A stretch of 53,716 bases of DNA, counting the filler, from Porpidia crustulata (Eukaryota), in assembly GCA_964255105.1 (NCBI GenBank). It is 4 parts of 4 records of this genome, joined end to end, with 100 filler letters (N's around TTAATTAATTAA, not from the genome) between each part and the next. Parts side by side here need not be neighbours in the genome. Positions count along the whole stretch, not along the records: positions 13,494 to 26,863 come from CAXUWE010000446.1; 3 more parts are not named here. One strand, written 5' to 3'. Shown in pieces: positions 13,494 to 26,962 of the stretch (positions are counted from its first letter, which is position 1; each line of letters opens with the position of its first letter). The notes beneath the pieces were generated by a model. It saw nothing but the letters and a program-made list of their open reading frames with translations, was not told the DNA's origin and made no database searches. The position numbers and the translations under genes were made by a program.

Positions 13494-13956
13494 CCACCGT
13501 TGTCTCTCTCCTTCCGTGCTTTCGTTTTTTCTTCTCCTTTTATACGCTTTCTCTTAGGTCTTCGTCTTATATCTCTCTGCCGCATCGTTTTGTTTCGAAA
13601 AGAAAAGAAAGAAGGAATTAAGCAAAGTTCAAACTATTCATGGAGGTTAATTTATTCCATCGCCTGCACGATTGTTCAACGTAATGTTCAAATCTCGTCT
13701 TGTGGATCTTAGAATGATGCAATCTCAGATCTATCTAAAATTCTTTGATAAATCTACGTCGTTGATCATATCCTGCATAGATACCACCGTCGAATCGCCG
13801 TTTCGGTCGTAGATAAAGAGCCACCACGAGAAAAGCGGCTGAAATTGCTCAAAAGAAAAAAGAAAAAAAGTATCCGTTTGTATCATGAAAGCGGAGTGAT
13901 GGCGGATGCCGAAATAATAATATCTCCGACGAATCGCTTCAGCGTCGAACGGGGAT

Positions 13957-16900
13957 TCATACGTCCGGAGTCGCATCCGAAACGGCCCCGAGCAAGTCTG
14001 CAAGTTGCTGCTCAAAACAATCTAGCTGGCCCGCAACTCGAGCTCTATGGTCTCCGGAATCATCGCCGGCGTCCCTCGTCGCCTCGTCACGGATCACCTG
14101 GCCGCCCTTCGTGACCTCGTCATCAGTCAAAATGTCATCCCACTGCTCCTCTTCATCGCTGTCCGAATCGTCATTCCGGGCCGCCTCATGATCACCCCAA
14201 TCACGGTTCAGGACGTTGTCGGCGAAGTCGACCTCGTCCGAAGAATCTTTGAACGCCATCTTGAGGTCGGTGTGCATAGCGTTCAACACTCCCCGAACGT
14301 TTGTACTGATGTTGCAGGAAGTGTTCTTGATCAATCGCTCCATGTCGCGCTGGATGGCTGCAATTATCAAGGGGTATAGGGCACCGTCTGCGATGCGGCC
14401 CTGGATGGCTTGGACTTGTCGTTTGGTTCGCCCGGCTCCTGTGGTTACATATGGATTAGCTCTTACACGGATTTTGATAGGTCAGGTGGAACATCATATA
14501 GGATATACGGCCTAGCAGAGGGGATGAAGTATTACAGCAGGTGAATCTCCAACATACCAGTGATCTGGGATGCTTTTCGATATGTTGGCAGCATTTCCTT
14601 GAAGGGATACGAATTCTTGAAAGGCTCCGAAGCGTAGCCGCGGATAGCTTTGTACTTTCGCATAAATCTTCCTTCGATCGTTTCGACCTTGTACTCGACA
14701 AGTCTGACTCTAGAATCGATACCTCTAGCGTACGCTGTTACCAACGAGTCATCAAACTCTTTAAGCATGTCCTTCATAAAAGCCATCAAGTCTTCTCTGA
14801 TACCGCGCGAAAGATCTTGAAAGAAGTCGGAAATTTCCTTTTCAATATTGTTCCAAGCGAATATCAATTCCGACTTCATTTTCCAAATGATCTCGGAAGT
14901 CCAGCAGACATGGCCACGTTTCTGGGAGTAGTGTGTGCCGTTATTCTTACACCAAGCGTTGTACGAACTTGAATGCCACTAACTCATATCAGCTACGCTT
15001 TTGGTAAGAGGCTAAATATCTGGAAAACGTATGCGTACGGAAGTCCACTCTTCGCTCTTTTACTTAGCCGCAATTGCCCAGGAGTCGAAGCGTTTGTCTG
15101 CCCGATCGAGTAGCTGTCTCTGAAAAGACTGCCTGAAACCATCTATGATCTTTGTGATTGTGTCTTTAATCTTATTACACATGATGCGAAAGCTCTTGAA
15201 GAATTCCAGTCTAGCATTGCGCCTCGGAGTGCCTGTACATTGATCTTTTTCTACCCACAGTCGGACAGAAGTCAGTAGACTTGGGAGACTGGACTGTAGA
15301 AAGTTCTTAGCTTCAAAGGACCGGGAAGTCGCTACAATCGTGGAGCAGAAGCGACGCAAGGCTGGGATTCCACTGGCGTTGATCATGTCAACATTCCCGA
15401 TTTCGGAGAATTTCTCGTAGTTTGTGCTTGAAACACAAAAGACCTTTAGCTTTCCACCAGACACCTTTTCAGAATAGTTCCGTTGTAAACACTCCATGAC
15501 AAAGTCGTTCCTTGCGTTCACCAATAGAGACTTTTGTCTGCAAGAAATCAGCGCTGATTGCTTCAGCACAGGAGATGTCTCAACTGGCCTTAATTCCAGA
15601 ATTTCCTTCAAGATCCAATCGTCGGCGCTCTTGGCTTGCTCAATCTGCCAATCAAGGAAGTCCATATCCCTTGGCTCAATCCGCTTACCATCTCCGCAAA
15701 ATTCTTCCCTGGATGTTCTCACGTTGATCATCTGAAAAACAAGGTATAAGACGAGGAGGTAGTAGTAGTCTTTGAAGGTGAGCCCAACTTGCTTCGGTCT
15801 TAGTACACACCACAGATACATGGTCTTTTCCGGCCGTTGTAGCCCAACCGCTGGGATCGTACTGATTTATGGCGGTTTCGAGGGACGATCTCAGTGATGC
15901 ATCGCTAATAGCCCGCGATATGCCAGCTACAACGAGGATGTGGTTGCATTTCAACATATACTGTTCAGCAGCTCTGACCCTTGCTAGATTTGTGTCGTGG
16001 AGCCCTATATCTCTTCAGTTACGTTCCTTGTCTCGCTCTTTTTGATTGCTGACCTGGCAAGTCTGAGAGCACTATCCCCGTAGACAGTATCTGAGCGCTA
16101 AGATAAATACTGTTAAGAGGTCAACAGTTCATTGTGTCACACTCAGAGCGAGAAATGAGATACCGAATAATCTTTGTAAACGGCCATGTTGTATCCTCCA
16201 TGAACACGGAGGTTTGCGCACAGCAATCTTCTGCAGTCTCTGCTACAGACTTCCAAACGCCATTACTGCTGCCTTCTGGCCAGACAAGGCTTTCGGCCCA
16301 TCTGAGAAGCTGTGTGACAAGCCTATGATCTGCTCCAGAGGATTGGTCTCTAAGTAAGTCCTTATTGAATTCTGGATGATCACCAAACGCTGCCTCAAGC
16401 GCTGACCAAGCGTGTTCTGATTCCACTACGTAATGCTTGTATTCCTTTGGAGAAGCATCATTCTCGACATCAGGGAAATACAATTGACGATAGCTCACAA
16501 GGAGCTCCCTGATGAGCCCCTCAATTTCCGATCCTGACATGGACTCGACTTCGATTGCGATTGGTGGTGATTGTCCCATATGCTTCTGGTGATATTCAGT
16601 GACCACTGAGGTACACGCAATTCCATAGTCGCCCTGTATCAAAGTCATCTCGCCATGTTTAAGGCAAGGAGCAAGGACTCGCTCACCGTTTTGGCGATGT
16701 CTGGGCAGTGGAGAAGAGCATTTATTAGGCTGCTTTTACTTGTACTGATCAGCTTCCAGTGACATATGTCACATAGGATAAGTACGGAATTACCTTCTCC
16801 AGAATTACCCAAAATAGCTACAATCTTGGTTCTCGTGGGACGAAAATCGCTTAGTTCTTTTGCTATACGCAATAGCCTATTCAAATCGAGATCTTGTGCT

Positions 16901-17040
16901 AGACTTGAATGCTTCTCTGAAAGCGAGATTGCTAATTTTTCGGCAAGAATTGTTCCTTCTGACAACCTGGCTTGAAATTGGGGAGTGAAGTAGGGTCCGT
17001 CAGACACAAGCTCGCTACTGACGCTATGAGGAGTGGCCAT
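13957..17040 (-). pseudogene. Dynamin-like large GTPase (SLIP-GC/NUGGC-like fungal family), disrupted
   Basis: G1 ILGNSGE|GKSSLINALL, ACTSVVTEY, G3 LSDLPGLHDTNLAR and G4-like VVCTKTE; multi-exon. Lesions: intron 16793-16740 ends in AA rather than AG, and there is an in-frame TAA at 15062-15060 in the middle of an exon (AAK*KSEEWTS). Confidence 0.8.
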
Positions 17041-18177
17041 CCTCCCTCTATCAGAGGCGGAGAAGTCTCAAATCCCTTGAGGAACCGAGTCAATCAATTG
17101 CTCAATGTGTCTTTGAATGTCATTGGCTGAATCTGTAATTCTTCAGGATAGTATTTTTGCTTCAAAATTGGGGTTGAAAACTGGAGGGTGGTACCTATTA
17201 CTGAGCAATAATGTGTGCAGTGAATGGGAGTGAGAAGTGGGAAGTGAGAAGTGATGCCTGTTGTTGAGAGCTAACGTCTTCAGTTAGTGCTAGGTAGGAA
17301 GATGGCGGAAAAAGGGTATCTTGTATTTGAAATTGAAAGTTCAAAACTCACTTGAGGAGTCCTCGGTTTGAGTAGATCTAGGTGCAATTGGTATGATTAG
17401 TTGGACGTCTCTAAGGTGAAGTTGTAAATGAGATTAGATCCAAAAATTGATTCCTTGTGCATCAGAAGCAAGCTGTCAACAATATCTAAAGAGTTTGCCT
17501 GCATGTTAGATTCCAGTACCAGATTGTGCTTAAATGGAAGCCGTGTAGATTTTTGACGTAGCACATTCCTCAGCGATTGTCATCTTCACGGTCCAAAAAC
17601 TCTGGCACTTCTTGAGTGATAGTTATTAGAAAAATCTTCCGAGCTCAGATATGGGATTATTCAGCTCCGATCAAGAAGAGCTCTATTAGGGAGTACAGCT
17701 GATCATGTACTGAGCAACGTGTTACCAAGCTGAATTCCAAATTATCTGACACTCAGATGTAGCAATGAAGAAGTGAAACTTTTCAAGGAAAGTTACAACG
17801 TAGACTAAATTGAAGAGGCAGAACGGCGGATCCTAATGATCCATTGAAGCAGTTTCTGTGCGTTGTGACGAGGAATAGAGGTTGGATCTAAACGAGTACT
17901 ACTTGAAATGGAATGTGGATTGAAAGGATTTTGAACCTTTATTGCTCGTTGTGAGGCCTTTCTTTGAAGCTTGATAAGAGATGCGACGAAGATGTGGGAA
18001 TGTGAATCATCCTGAAAGGAAAGGTGACGTACCTTCCTAGCCCGGTCGGCTTCACTCCTGTTCGTCAACAGTGTCTTGACATATTGTTAGCACCCTGTGT
18101 TACACTTGCTCAAATTATCTCGGCGGTACATATTTGGAGGAAGAATATATCCATTAACAAGCTCCAAGCCACACAAT

Positions 18178-19485
18178 CTACGGAGCCCCCGCCTGAGATC
18201 TTTGCTTGGCTTTCTTCCTCATCTCTTTTCGGTGTTTCCTCTGCACCTCGTCATCCTCCCAATCTCCAACAACTTTCCACATGTCCCCCTCTACCATTCC
18301 TGCATCCCTCACGTCACATCTTCCCCTCCCCCACTTTTCCTCGAATACTTTTCTCCCCAAATCCATCGTCATCGCTATCCCTCTTTCGAACCCCTCGGCA
18401 TCGCGATAAAACGGTTCTCCTTGACCTCCACGCTGTCTGGATTGCCATGTATTCCGACCTTTGTCACCTGAATTCTTGTCGCGGTCTAATTCCTCGAGGG
18501 TGGAGATGAGGGTACGATAAGCTGGGGAATTGCGGTGCCGCACGCCGTCTAAGGAGGAGTTGTAATCTCTAGAGTATAATGGATACAGATCATGGAGGCT
18601 GGAGCCTACATCATAAACTAAACCCGCTGTAGCATCTTCAATCGTGAAATTGCGCATCCACAGCCGCTCGTGCATGTCGCAGTCGGTCATGTAAAAAGGA
18701 ATCATCGTATCCCAGCCTCCGACATCGATAAAAGCTTGGGTTCGCACCAAAGCTAGGCGATCGTAGGCGAACCAGCGAGTTGCTAGAGGACCGTAGGATG
18801 GCTTGAGAGTTTCGCGAAGGACTGAGACGGCGCGCGTATAAAGAGATTGATAGGGTAAGGCCTGATCATCTGTTTCGTCCGAGAGGACTACGGTGTCCAT
18901 GTGGGCCCAGAAGTAATGGTCCCATTTCTTGTCCAGGGCGGTGTAGACGTAGAAGTTCTGCAGCTGCGCAAAGGTGAGGAGGGTCGGTGTGGTAATTACA
19001 TGAATGCCAAAGGTTTTTGTAAGGCGGTTGTGGTCGATGTAGAATGGATTTTGGAATGTGAGAAGGCCGTCACGGTTAGAATGCATGGTGCCTGTATTTT
19101 CGACGACGTATATGTCGTCCGGCGGCCAACCAGCTGTGATGTAGGAAACGACAACTTGTTGTAGGAGACGCCAGTTGCGCGTAAACCCAATGAATAAAGG
19201 TGTTGCTTCGGAAATATGAGGTATTGGAGGGATATTCCATGTTGGAATCGATGGAAGATCCGAAGGTGTCTTGGCGGAGGCGGCGAGAGGAAAATTGTCC
19301 ACTACGGGCGGGGCTGATTCGGGCTCTGGTTTGTAGATTGGCGTCGGAACCGGTTTGGATTCTGGGTGATACTTGATGCGTAATATCTCCCATAAATCTG
19401 TTTGAAGCAGAATGAGAGTAGACACAAAAGCAAAGAAAGTCACGAAGAGGAACAGAGATCGCTTCAGTTTGCGCTGTAATAGCAT
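18178..19485 (-). CDS. Type II membrane glycosyltransferase-like protein (GT-A-like), single exon
   Basis: N-terminal TM anchor (LFLFVTFFAFVSTLILL), Pro-rich stem, then IGFTRNW, YVVENTG, YFWAHMD, YDRLALV and VGGWDTMIPFYMTDCD. Confidence 0.75.
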   Translation of the reverse strand: MLLQRKLKRSLFLFVTFFAFVSTLILLQTDLWEILRIKYHPESKPVPTPIYKPEPESAPPVVDNFPLAASAKTPSDLPSIPTWNIPPIPHISEATPLFIGFTRNWRLLQQVVVSYITAGWPPDDIYVVENTGTMHSNRDGLLTFQNPFYIDHNRLTKTFGIHVITTPTLLTFAQLQNFYVYTALDKKWDHYFWAHMDTVVLSDETDDQALPYQSLYTRAVSVLRETLKPSYGPLATRWFAYDRLALVRTQAFIDVGGWDTMIPFYMTDCDMHERLWMRNFTIEDATAGLVYDVGSSLHDLYPLYSRDYNSSLDGVRHRNSPAYRTLISTLEELDRDKNSGDKGRNTWQSRQRGGQGEPFYRDAEGFERGIAMTMDLGRKVFEEKWGRGRCDVRDAGMVEGDMWKVVGDWEDDEVQRKHRKEMRKKAKQRSQAGAP

Positions 19486-20354
19486 TGTACTGAGTCGCAG
19501 TATATGAACACGGATTGAAGATATGTGGCCTCATGCAAACGAAGGGCAAGTCTCCAGGAGTTGGTGCTCACCGACACAGGCCTGACGTCGAGTCCCGCCA
19601 AAAGCTACTGGAGTTTGTGAAGGAACATATCCCAAACAGTCGAAGCTATTCACATGGATATATTCACAAGAGGGGAAGCATAAACATTGAAATGGATAAA
19701 AGCTGAGGCAGGAGCAAGTTGTGCATCCTGAATGAAGGATGATCATGGAAATTAACGGCCATGCTCAGCACTGAAGGATTCCTACCTAAATGACGTCTCA
19801 ACACCTACCGTGCCTACCTAGCTACCTGCTTACCTTGAACACAATGACGAGAGGCGGACTGTTGTCTAGAGCGCTTGAATGCAAGGCAAGGTAGCACATA
19901 GTTAGGAGCGTCAGGGTTCTTTAGTGGTGCAAGAATCTTGAAATCGTCAAGCGTCGTGCCACTGCTATGCGCGACGGATATGCGCCACTATGTCATGTTT
20001 CACATATCAATCTACCTTGTCTACTTATGCATGCGCAGGCATCCTCACAACGCCCTACGCCTCACGTCTACACATGAAGACTGCTTAGCCCAGTTTAGAC
20101 GAATACTTGCCCAATCTAGATAATAGCTTATAGAAACAATCATGCTGACAGAGTATTTCAAAACATCTAACACTGTTACATATGGTAGTCTTCGAATACA
20201 TACTTCAAATCTTGAATGCCTGCTATGGCCGCTCGGCCCGTCAAGAATCTTGGGCGAGGATGAAACTTTTTAAACACCTACTTGATGCATAATCGCTCAG
20301 AACGCAGCATCACACAAAGTTATGCAATAAACGTTGTGAGTATGTATTTCTCGG

Positions 20355-21507
20355 TCAGCCAACCTTGGCTTTCGAAATTCCATGACTCGTGTTTAGAACT
20401 TCCTGGTACCTTTGACCTTCCTTTTTCCTTTTCCACTGCCATTCCACCAGCACGGGTAAAAACGTCCAGAGATCAAATTCGGGCCACAGCGTCTTCAAGA
20501 ACACGATATCGGTATTTTGGTGACACTGCCACAGCATGAAATCACTGAGTCGCTCGACCCCCGAAGTTCTGACCAGTAGATCTAGTGGCGGCAAGTCACC
20601 CGTGTACATGTGCTCATTCAGGATTTCCGCTGTGATGCTTTCGGCATCCGGATACGAGCACTCCAGGTTCTCTGTTCTATCCTCATTTTCCGCCGGAATG
20701 GACTCAGAATTGAGGGTCGTGGAGGAGGTCGACGAATCTTCGGCGTCAGAAGCTCCTCCTGAAGACGGAGATTTGGCTCGAAATCTCTCGGAAATGGTGG
20801 AGAGATGGCGAGCGCGAATTGTATGCGCTATGTGCGATTCGGAGAATGGTCTTTGAGGAGGAGGGATAGGTTTCGAATAATCAATCACAGTGTTGCGGAT
20901 CGCTGATGTCATCTCATCCCGCGACGTGTAAGGGAAACAGACATTCAGAATGGCCTTATTGTTTCCACTGGTCATACTGATCGCCCGGTCGATAGCTTCT
21001 TGCACATCTGGCTTAACGAGCTCTTTCTCACCCAGAATTCGAATACTGGCTCCATAACGGTCTAGGAGATCCCCATGCTGAGCCAATTGGGAGAGCTTGA
21101 CCTTTGCCATGTCCATCAAAGCATCCACCTCGTATTTTGATCGTTTGAAATTGTCGACGCTAAACGCATAGATGGTGACGACTTTGACCCCAGATTTGTA
21201 GCAGACTTCGAGCACCTGGGGCAAGCTCAAGCGCGTCAGCTCAACCGTAATTGTGCCGTGCTCGGAGCTGAAATGGCAAGCTCACTTTAGCCAGAGCCTC
21301 GAACCCAAGATTGTGACCCTCAACTGTCTCTATCCGATGATTCTTGGCAAATCGCCTGTTTCCATCCATCACAAAAGCGACATGATTTGGTACCGGTCCC
21401 TGGCGTAGAGCGCCGATGAGGAGCTCTCGGATCTGTAGAATGGCCCATTCCGCAGGTGGTGACTGTAGGAACCATTTTCGAATCTGAGACAAATGCATAG
21501 AAGGCAT
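20355..21507 (-). CDS. RER2: cis-prenyltransferase / dehydrodolichyl diphosphate synthase catalytic subunit
   Basis: Exons 21507-21286 and 21215-20355. Motifs PNHVAFVMDGNRR, TIYAFSVDNFKRS, YTSRDE, DLLVRTSGVERLSDFMLWQ and LWPEF. Confidence 0.92.
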
Positions 21508-22360
21508 CGGAAGCTCGCAGACTTTTGGGATCGGGACGGTGACAAGGACTCAATTGTTCGCTTTCGACGCGGGCCTCTGCAAGGCAACAGCATTGACCTT
21601 GGATTTCTGTAGAGACAGGCACCCCACCGACTGTTGTCAGACTTTGGGCATAAGGTTGGAGCGAACCAAGCAACAAAAGAAATCACGAATCTGAACTCTG
21701 AAGAAACTTTGTTGTCCTTCCGCATTTGATGGACACCCGGTAAACTATGTAGCTCAGCCCTACAAGGCCGCTTAGGCCGCCGTTGAGGCTGCTAGATACC
21801 TTAGGCTTGGCATTCTCGAAGGTTTCAGCGCCGAGTATCAGAGTTGTGCAAAGTGCTATGCAGCAGTATTGGGCGTGCCTAGGGAAACCTTGGTATAGCC
21901 ATTCTTACAAATTGAAATTCCAGTCGAAGGTATTCTGATCAGGTCGCCAATCTGGCCAAAATGTGTTTATCACCGATGGGGTTGAACGGAGCAGCTCTAG
22001 TGTATCTCGACCAACTATTTCCAGGTCTGAAACCCTTGATGGCACTGAGAGTGAGGTACTTGCAGTCTGGACCTTTCGTTGCCCAGCAACAAGCAAAGCG
22101 CCAGCGGTACTCGCAATTCGGACGATTAAACCTCATTCCCAAGCTAGCTTTCTGGATGTTGGTGATTTCTGTCTTTGATATTGTTGATCCCACCTTGTCT
22201 TGACCCATTGAGGGATTTATAGAGCAAACATATACCAGCCTACGTATTTCCCGAGATCCTTCATCAATCCAATCAGTGGTATCGTGCGCTCATGAGTACC
22301 TTCCTCCAACGCCTTTTCCAGATATGCGATACTGCCAAGCATGAGTCAACCGCATCGGTG

Positions 22361-24517
22361 TCATCTCAAGCTACCACCGTTGAACTTGCTCCGTTTTAAA
22401 TTTTCCTTGCAGTCATCACAGTACCATTTTGCTACAGGAATCGATGGATTAGCTCGATCTGGGAACTGCAAGCGCCAGATCCACTCACCATTCTTAGTTG
22501 GTAGCTTGGCCAGGCCCACACAATCCAGATGGAACCACTCCTTTTTGCAGTTGCTCATGTCACAAGCAACCATCTCACCGTAGCTAATCTGGTTGCAGTA
22601 GCAATACGTGAGCTCCGTCTCCTCGTCATCTTCCTCCTCATCATCTGGCATTGACGAGCTTTTTCCATCGCGCGCTGCGGCAGCCGCTGCTAGCTGAGCT
22701 GCGAGCCCTGCCCCCTTCTTATGCGAGCGTTTGGCAGTCATTTCAACCGTCCTTGACGGGCGAGAGCTTTGCACCTCGGCAAAGGAGGTGTTTAGGGGCG
22801 TGGACGTCTTCGAAGTCTTACCACCTCTTCTTGTTGATATCGAGATGGATCGAGGCCGGTCACTCTGGCCACTTTTGTTTGTTCCATTTTCCATCCCACC
22901 CCGCTCTTGCTGGTCACTGTTGCCACCGACTACAAGTGCCCCGCGCATGTCGCCAGCGCCATCAGTCGCGTCTTCGATGAGATGCTCGCCGTTGCGGTTG
23001 ATCGATTCTTTCAACGTGAATTTTACGTCAGCAACGCTTTTACCTATCAGCCCAGATATTTTGCTAACGTCAACTGTGGTGTTCGGCAGTCCGTTACCAT
23101 TTGTGGCTACGGTTGACGTCGATGAGGTTGGACGAGCTTGTGGTATGGATTGAGTCGAATTTTGACGGATGCGTGATGGTTGAGCTCGCGAAACAACGGC
23201 TGGTACTGGACTCTTGCGGTGCGATGTTGAGAATGTACCTACCACTGGCGATGAGGCAATCAACGGAGAATTGGCGGCCGAGGCATTGGTATTGGTTCTA
23301 ATCGGAGATCAGTCTCGTGGCCAGCAGGAACAATCGTTCTCCTACCTTCGTCTTCCAGTGCTATTAACCGCAGCCGTTCCACGCCCTCTCTTCCTAGCGT
23401 TATCCTCGGCGGGCAGCTCCCTTGGACTTCCGGCACTTCCCCGAGCAGAGCCACCGTTAGATCCGTACACGGAGCTCATTGTTCTGTCCATAGGAAATCC
23501 ACCAAGGGCAGACCCTGCGCTTGGTTTTTCTATCTTCCGGCGCTTGCTGGGTGGTGCCGCAACATACGGCGCATTCGTAATGGCAAGACCGACCCCAATA
23601 TTGGCTGCAAAATTTGGCTCCGCTGCTCGTCTACCTTTCGTGGTGGGTTGCGCCTTCTTGGCTGTCGGCTGGCGATCGTCGAAGTCAGAATCCACATGCA
23701 GATGCTCCTTCCGCGCTGCCATCGCTTTCCGTCGAAGTTCACTTCGCAATGCAGCTCCCTCGATCTCGTGGTTTGCTGATGCCAATTGATGTGCAACAGC
23801 AGCCTCCCGCCTGGTGCGTTCACCGACTGTTGTTCCCTTCCTTTCTGGCGCCTTTTCGTGATACGCCCAGTGATGTAAGTTACCGTACCGCGCCTCTTCA
23901 CTGACCTCATTCTCGATATGAGGGTATGAGCTCTCGCAGCGCTTGAGCTGTTTGTCCAGACCGTCGATTGCAGTCGCCATCACATGATTCTTCTCTTCAA
24001 GAGTCATGAGCATCTCGTTCATGACTACTCGCAGGTTACGAAATAGGTGTCGGCGAGGTAAGTCGGTGGAATCAGGAATCTCCTGGGGCCGCGGCTGGAT
24101 TGGAGCTTGCTCTTGGTTATGCAGCTTTAAAGCTTGATCCTTGTTGGTCGACCATGCGGGGTGCAGCGGAGCTCCGTTTTTCAGGTTGGGCTGTTCAGGT
24201 GCTTGCGATTCAAGGTTGGGTCTGCGAGATGGTGTTAGGCTTTTCAGCGCCGTATTGACAAGCTCCTTGACGATCTCCTCCGGACCGTGAACCTTTGCAT
24301 CAACCTCCTTCAGCATTGTGTAATGACGAACCATTTCCTTCGGTAAAGCTGTGATGGAGTCGGTGAAGTGTGTAATGGCTGGACAAAAGCCAGGATTCGT
24401 AACGGGCCCATTGTCTTGGGGTCCAGCAACCGAGCCCCGAGAAGGTATAATAGTTGTAGCGGCCCTAGCTGAATTGGTGCGTGTTTGACGAACAGGCTGG
24501 CGTCTGTTCGAAGCCAT
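22361..24517 (-). CDS. ING-family PHD finger protein (Pho23/Yng-like)
   Basis: Exons 24517-23346 (an alternative ATG lies at 24556), 23297-22489 and 22431-22361. N-terminal ING domain (HFTDSITALPKEMVRHYTMLKEVD) and C-terminal PHD YCYCNQISYGEMVACD...EWFHLDCVGL...KWYCDDC. Confidence 0.9.
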
Positions 24518-25340
24518 GGGGGGCTCGATGACCGTGGTACTCGAGAAGGATTTCATGATTGTGTAAGAACGGTCGGAGGAGTGAGGGGAACAGCTCTCGA
24601 GGGCAATTCCGGTTGAGATGTATCTGTGAACTAAGTATGAGTGGATTCCTGATCTTGGAGAGCTGAACAGTCAATACACAGATGTCGGTGACTATGGAAA
24701 GCCATGGGATGGTTTATTGAGCGAGCGCAGTAAATGCTGGCAGGTGAATGGGACAGGAACTGCGAGAAGGGTTGGGGCGCCATGAACGATTGTCGGAGGC
24801 TGAGATATTCCGACGACTGCGGAACTTGCCGCCCGTCGACGTCAATTTCTCTATGGGGAGGCCGAAGAAGAGAACAACATCGGCTTCCATGATAGGCAAC
24901 ACACGTAAACAAAGTATACAATGAGATGCTTTTGACATTTGAGAACGTTATTCCATAGTGTGTGGAGTAGTTACTCAAGATACCCCAGAAGCCTTCCCCG
25001 ACATTGCACAGAGTATTGATATTTGAAGATTAATGAGTAACTCATGCTGTCCTACAGTGAATTTGTTCTTAGAGTAGGAATTGTTGTTCAGGGCTTGCTT
25101 GTGTAAGAACGATAACCTACAATGACTACCAGTGACCGTAGCTAAAACGTAGCTATCTTGTAAAAATCTCATTGCATTTGACCACGACCTCCAACTTCTC
25201 CATTAAAACGATTTCGATACCCTGTCCAAAAGAGGGCAAGTGCTAGGGTTGCAGCTAGTGCCGAATGCTTCGCTTACACCAGCGATATCCCACTCTGACC
25301 TTTGCATCAAGGTATCAACTGCCAACGACAATTTTCGACA

Positions 25341-26540
25341 ATGGTAAGCTGCAGATATGACCTCCCAATCTACATACAGCCCTCAGATACTGCGATGAAC
25401 ATCATTTCATTGCAATTTGAGACGCTCACTCCACCTCTAGCTGCAAAGCTCCAAGGAGCCGACCAGCATTGGTGCGAAGATGGCTTGAGCCGCTTGCTCG
25501 CAGAAACGCAGCTCGCGGTCTCTTTAGAGTTCAAAGATGAAACTACATGGTGAACAAGATTCGCTGATGTTCTTCTTTTCTCAATGACAGCCTCCCAAAC
25601 AAGGCAAGAAGGCCGCGCCTGCGCCATTCCCCCAGGGAAAGGCCAGTGTCACGAAAAAACCCGCAAAGGTACGTGTTGGATGCATCCTACCTGAAAATCC
25701 ACATCCCTCCGAAAGCTTAGATGTCCATGAATAAGCTAACGAGCCATCACCGACCCTAGAATCCCCTCATCGAAAAGCGCCCACGTAACTTCGGTATCGG
25801 CCAAGACATCCAGCCACGCCGCAACCTGTCACGCATGGTAAAGTGGCCCGAATACGTCCGTCTCCAACGCCAGAAGAAAATTCTCAACCTCCGCCTCAAA
25901 GTTCCTCCTGCCATCGCCCAATTCGCCAACGCCCTCGACCGTAATACCGCTGCTCAGACATTCAAACTACTCAATAAATACAAGCCCGAAACTAAGGCCG
26001 AGAAGAAGGAGAGGCTGCTGAAGGAAGCAACGGCAGTTAGCGAGGGCAAGAAGAAAGAGGATGTTAGCAAGAAACCGTACGCGGTCAAGTACGGGCTGAA
26101 CCACGTGGTTGGGTTGATCGAGAATAAAAAGGCGGGACTGGTGCTGATTCCAAACGACGTCGATCCCATCGAGCTCGTCATCTTCCTGCCGGCCCTATGC
26201 CGAAAAATGGGCGTACCGTACGCAATCGTCAAAGGCAAAGCGCGACTTGGCGTTGTTGTGCACAAGAAGGTACAAACTCCCCTCCCGTCCACCACCAAGA
26301 AACCCCAGTACTAACATATCCCCCCCTTTTCCATCCTAGACCGCCGCCGTCCTCGCCCTGACCGAAGTGCGCCAAGAAGACAAGTCGGACTTTGCCAAGC
26401 TGGTCTCCACCATCAAGGAGGGCTACTCGGAGAAGTATGAGGAGGCGAAGCGGCACTGGGGCGGAGGCATCATGGGGGCCAAGGCGATTGCGAGGACGGA
26501 GAAGAAGAGGAAGGCGCTGGAGAGCGCGATCAAGATCTAG
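25341..26540 (+). CDS. RPL8: 60S ribosomal protein L8 (eL8/L7a)
   Basis: Exons 25341-25343 (ATG only), 25591-25668, 25760-26269 and 26340-26540. Motifs [50 protein letters not shown] and HWGGGIMG. Confidence 0.97.
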
Positions 26541-26818
26541 GGGCGGTTGAGCTTTTGCGTGGGGTTGTTGCGCAGCATGCTGAGCGTATCAAGGTCTCGC
26601 AATATGAACAAGGGTTTCAAACCTGAAACGTGAATGGAAGAAACATATCACTGAATGATATAACGCGCGTTTCTCGCGATACTTTTTACTTCTCGAGTCT
26701 TGTATAACAACAGAAACGACCTTGTCGTAGCTCTCGATTCCACCGCAATGCCCTCATCCAGGCGCCATACGTCTTCCACCACCTGAGCCACGCCCTTGAA
26801 ATCAACCCTCGCATTTGT

Positions 26819-26820
<2 letters not shown>

Positions 26821-26859
<39 letters not shown>

Positions 26860-26962
26860 GGGGNNNNNNNNNNNNNNNNNNNNNNNNNNNNNNNNNNNNN
26901 NNNNNNNTTAATTAATTAANNNNNNNNNNNNNNNNNNNNNNNNNNNNNNNNNNNNNNNNNNN
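26821..26962. other. Poly-G contig end plus scaffold gap spacer
   Basis: A ~43-nt G run followed by N/TTAATTAATTAA/N. Confidence 0.9.

Noticed and set aside
25344..25590. snoRNA in the long first intron of RPL8
   Set aside because: No RTGATGA box C with a paired CTGA box D, and no clear H/ACA layout. Long first introns are normal in ribosomal protein genes.
26821..26863. Poly-G tract as a G-quadruplex element
   Set aside because: It sits at a contig end, where poly-G is a common sequencing artefact; its length cannot be trusted.
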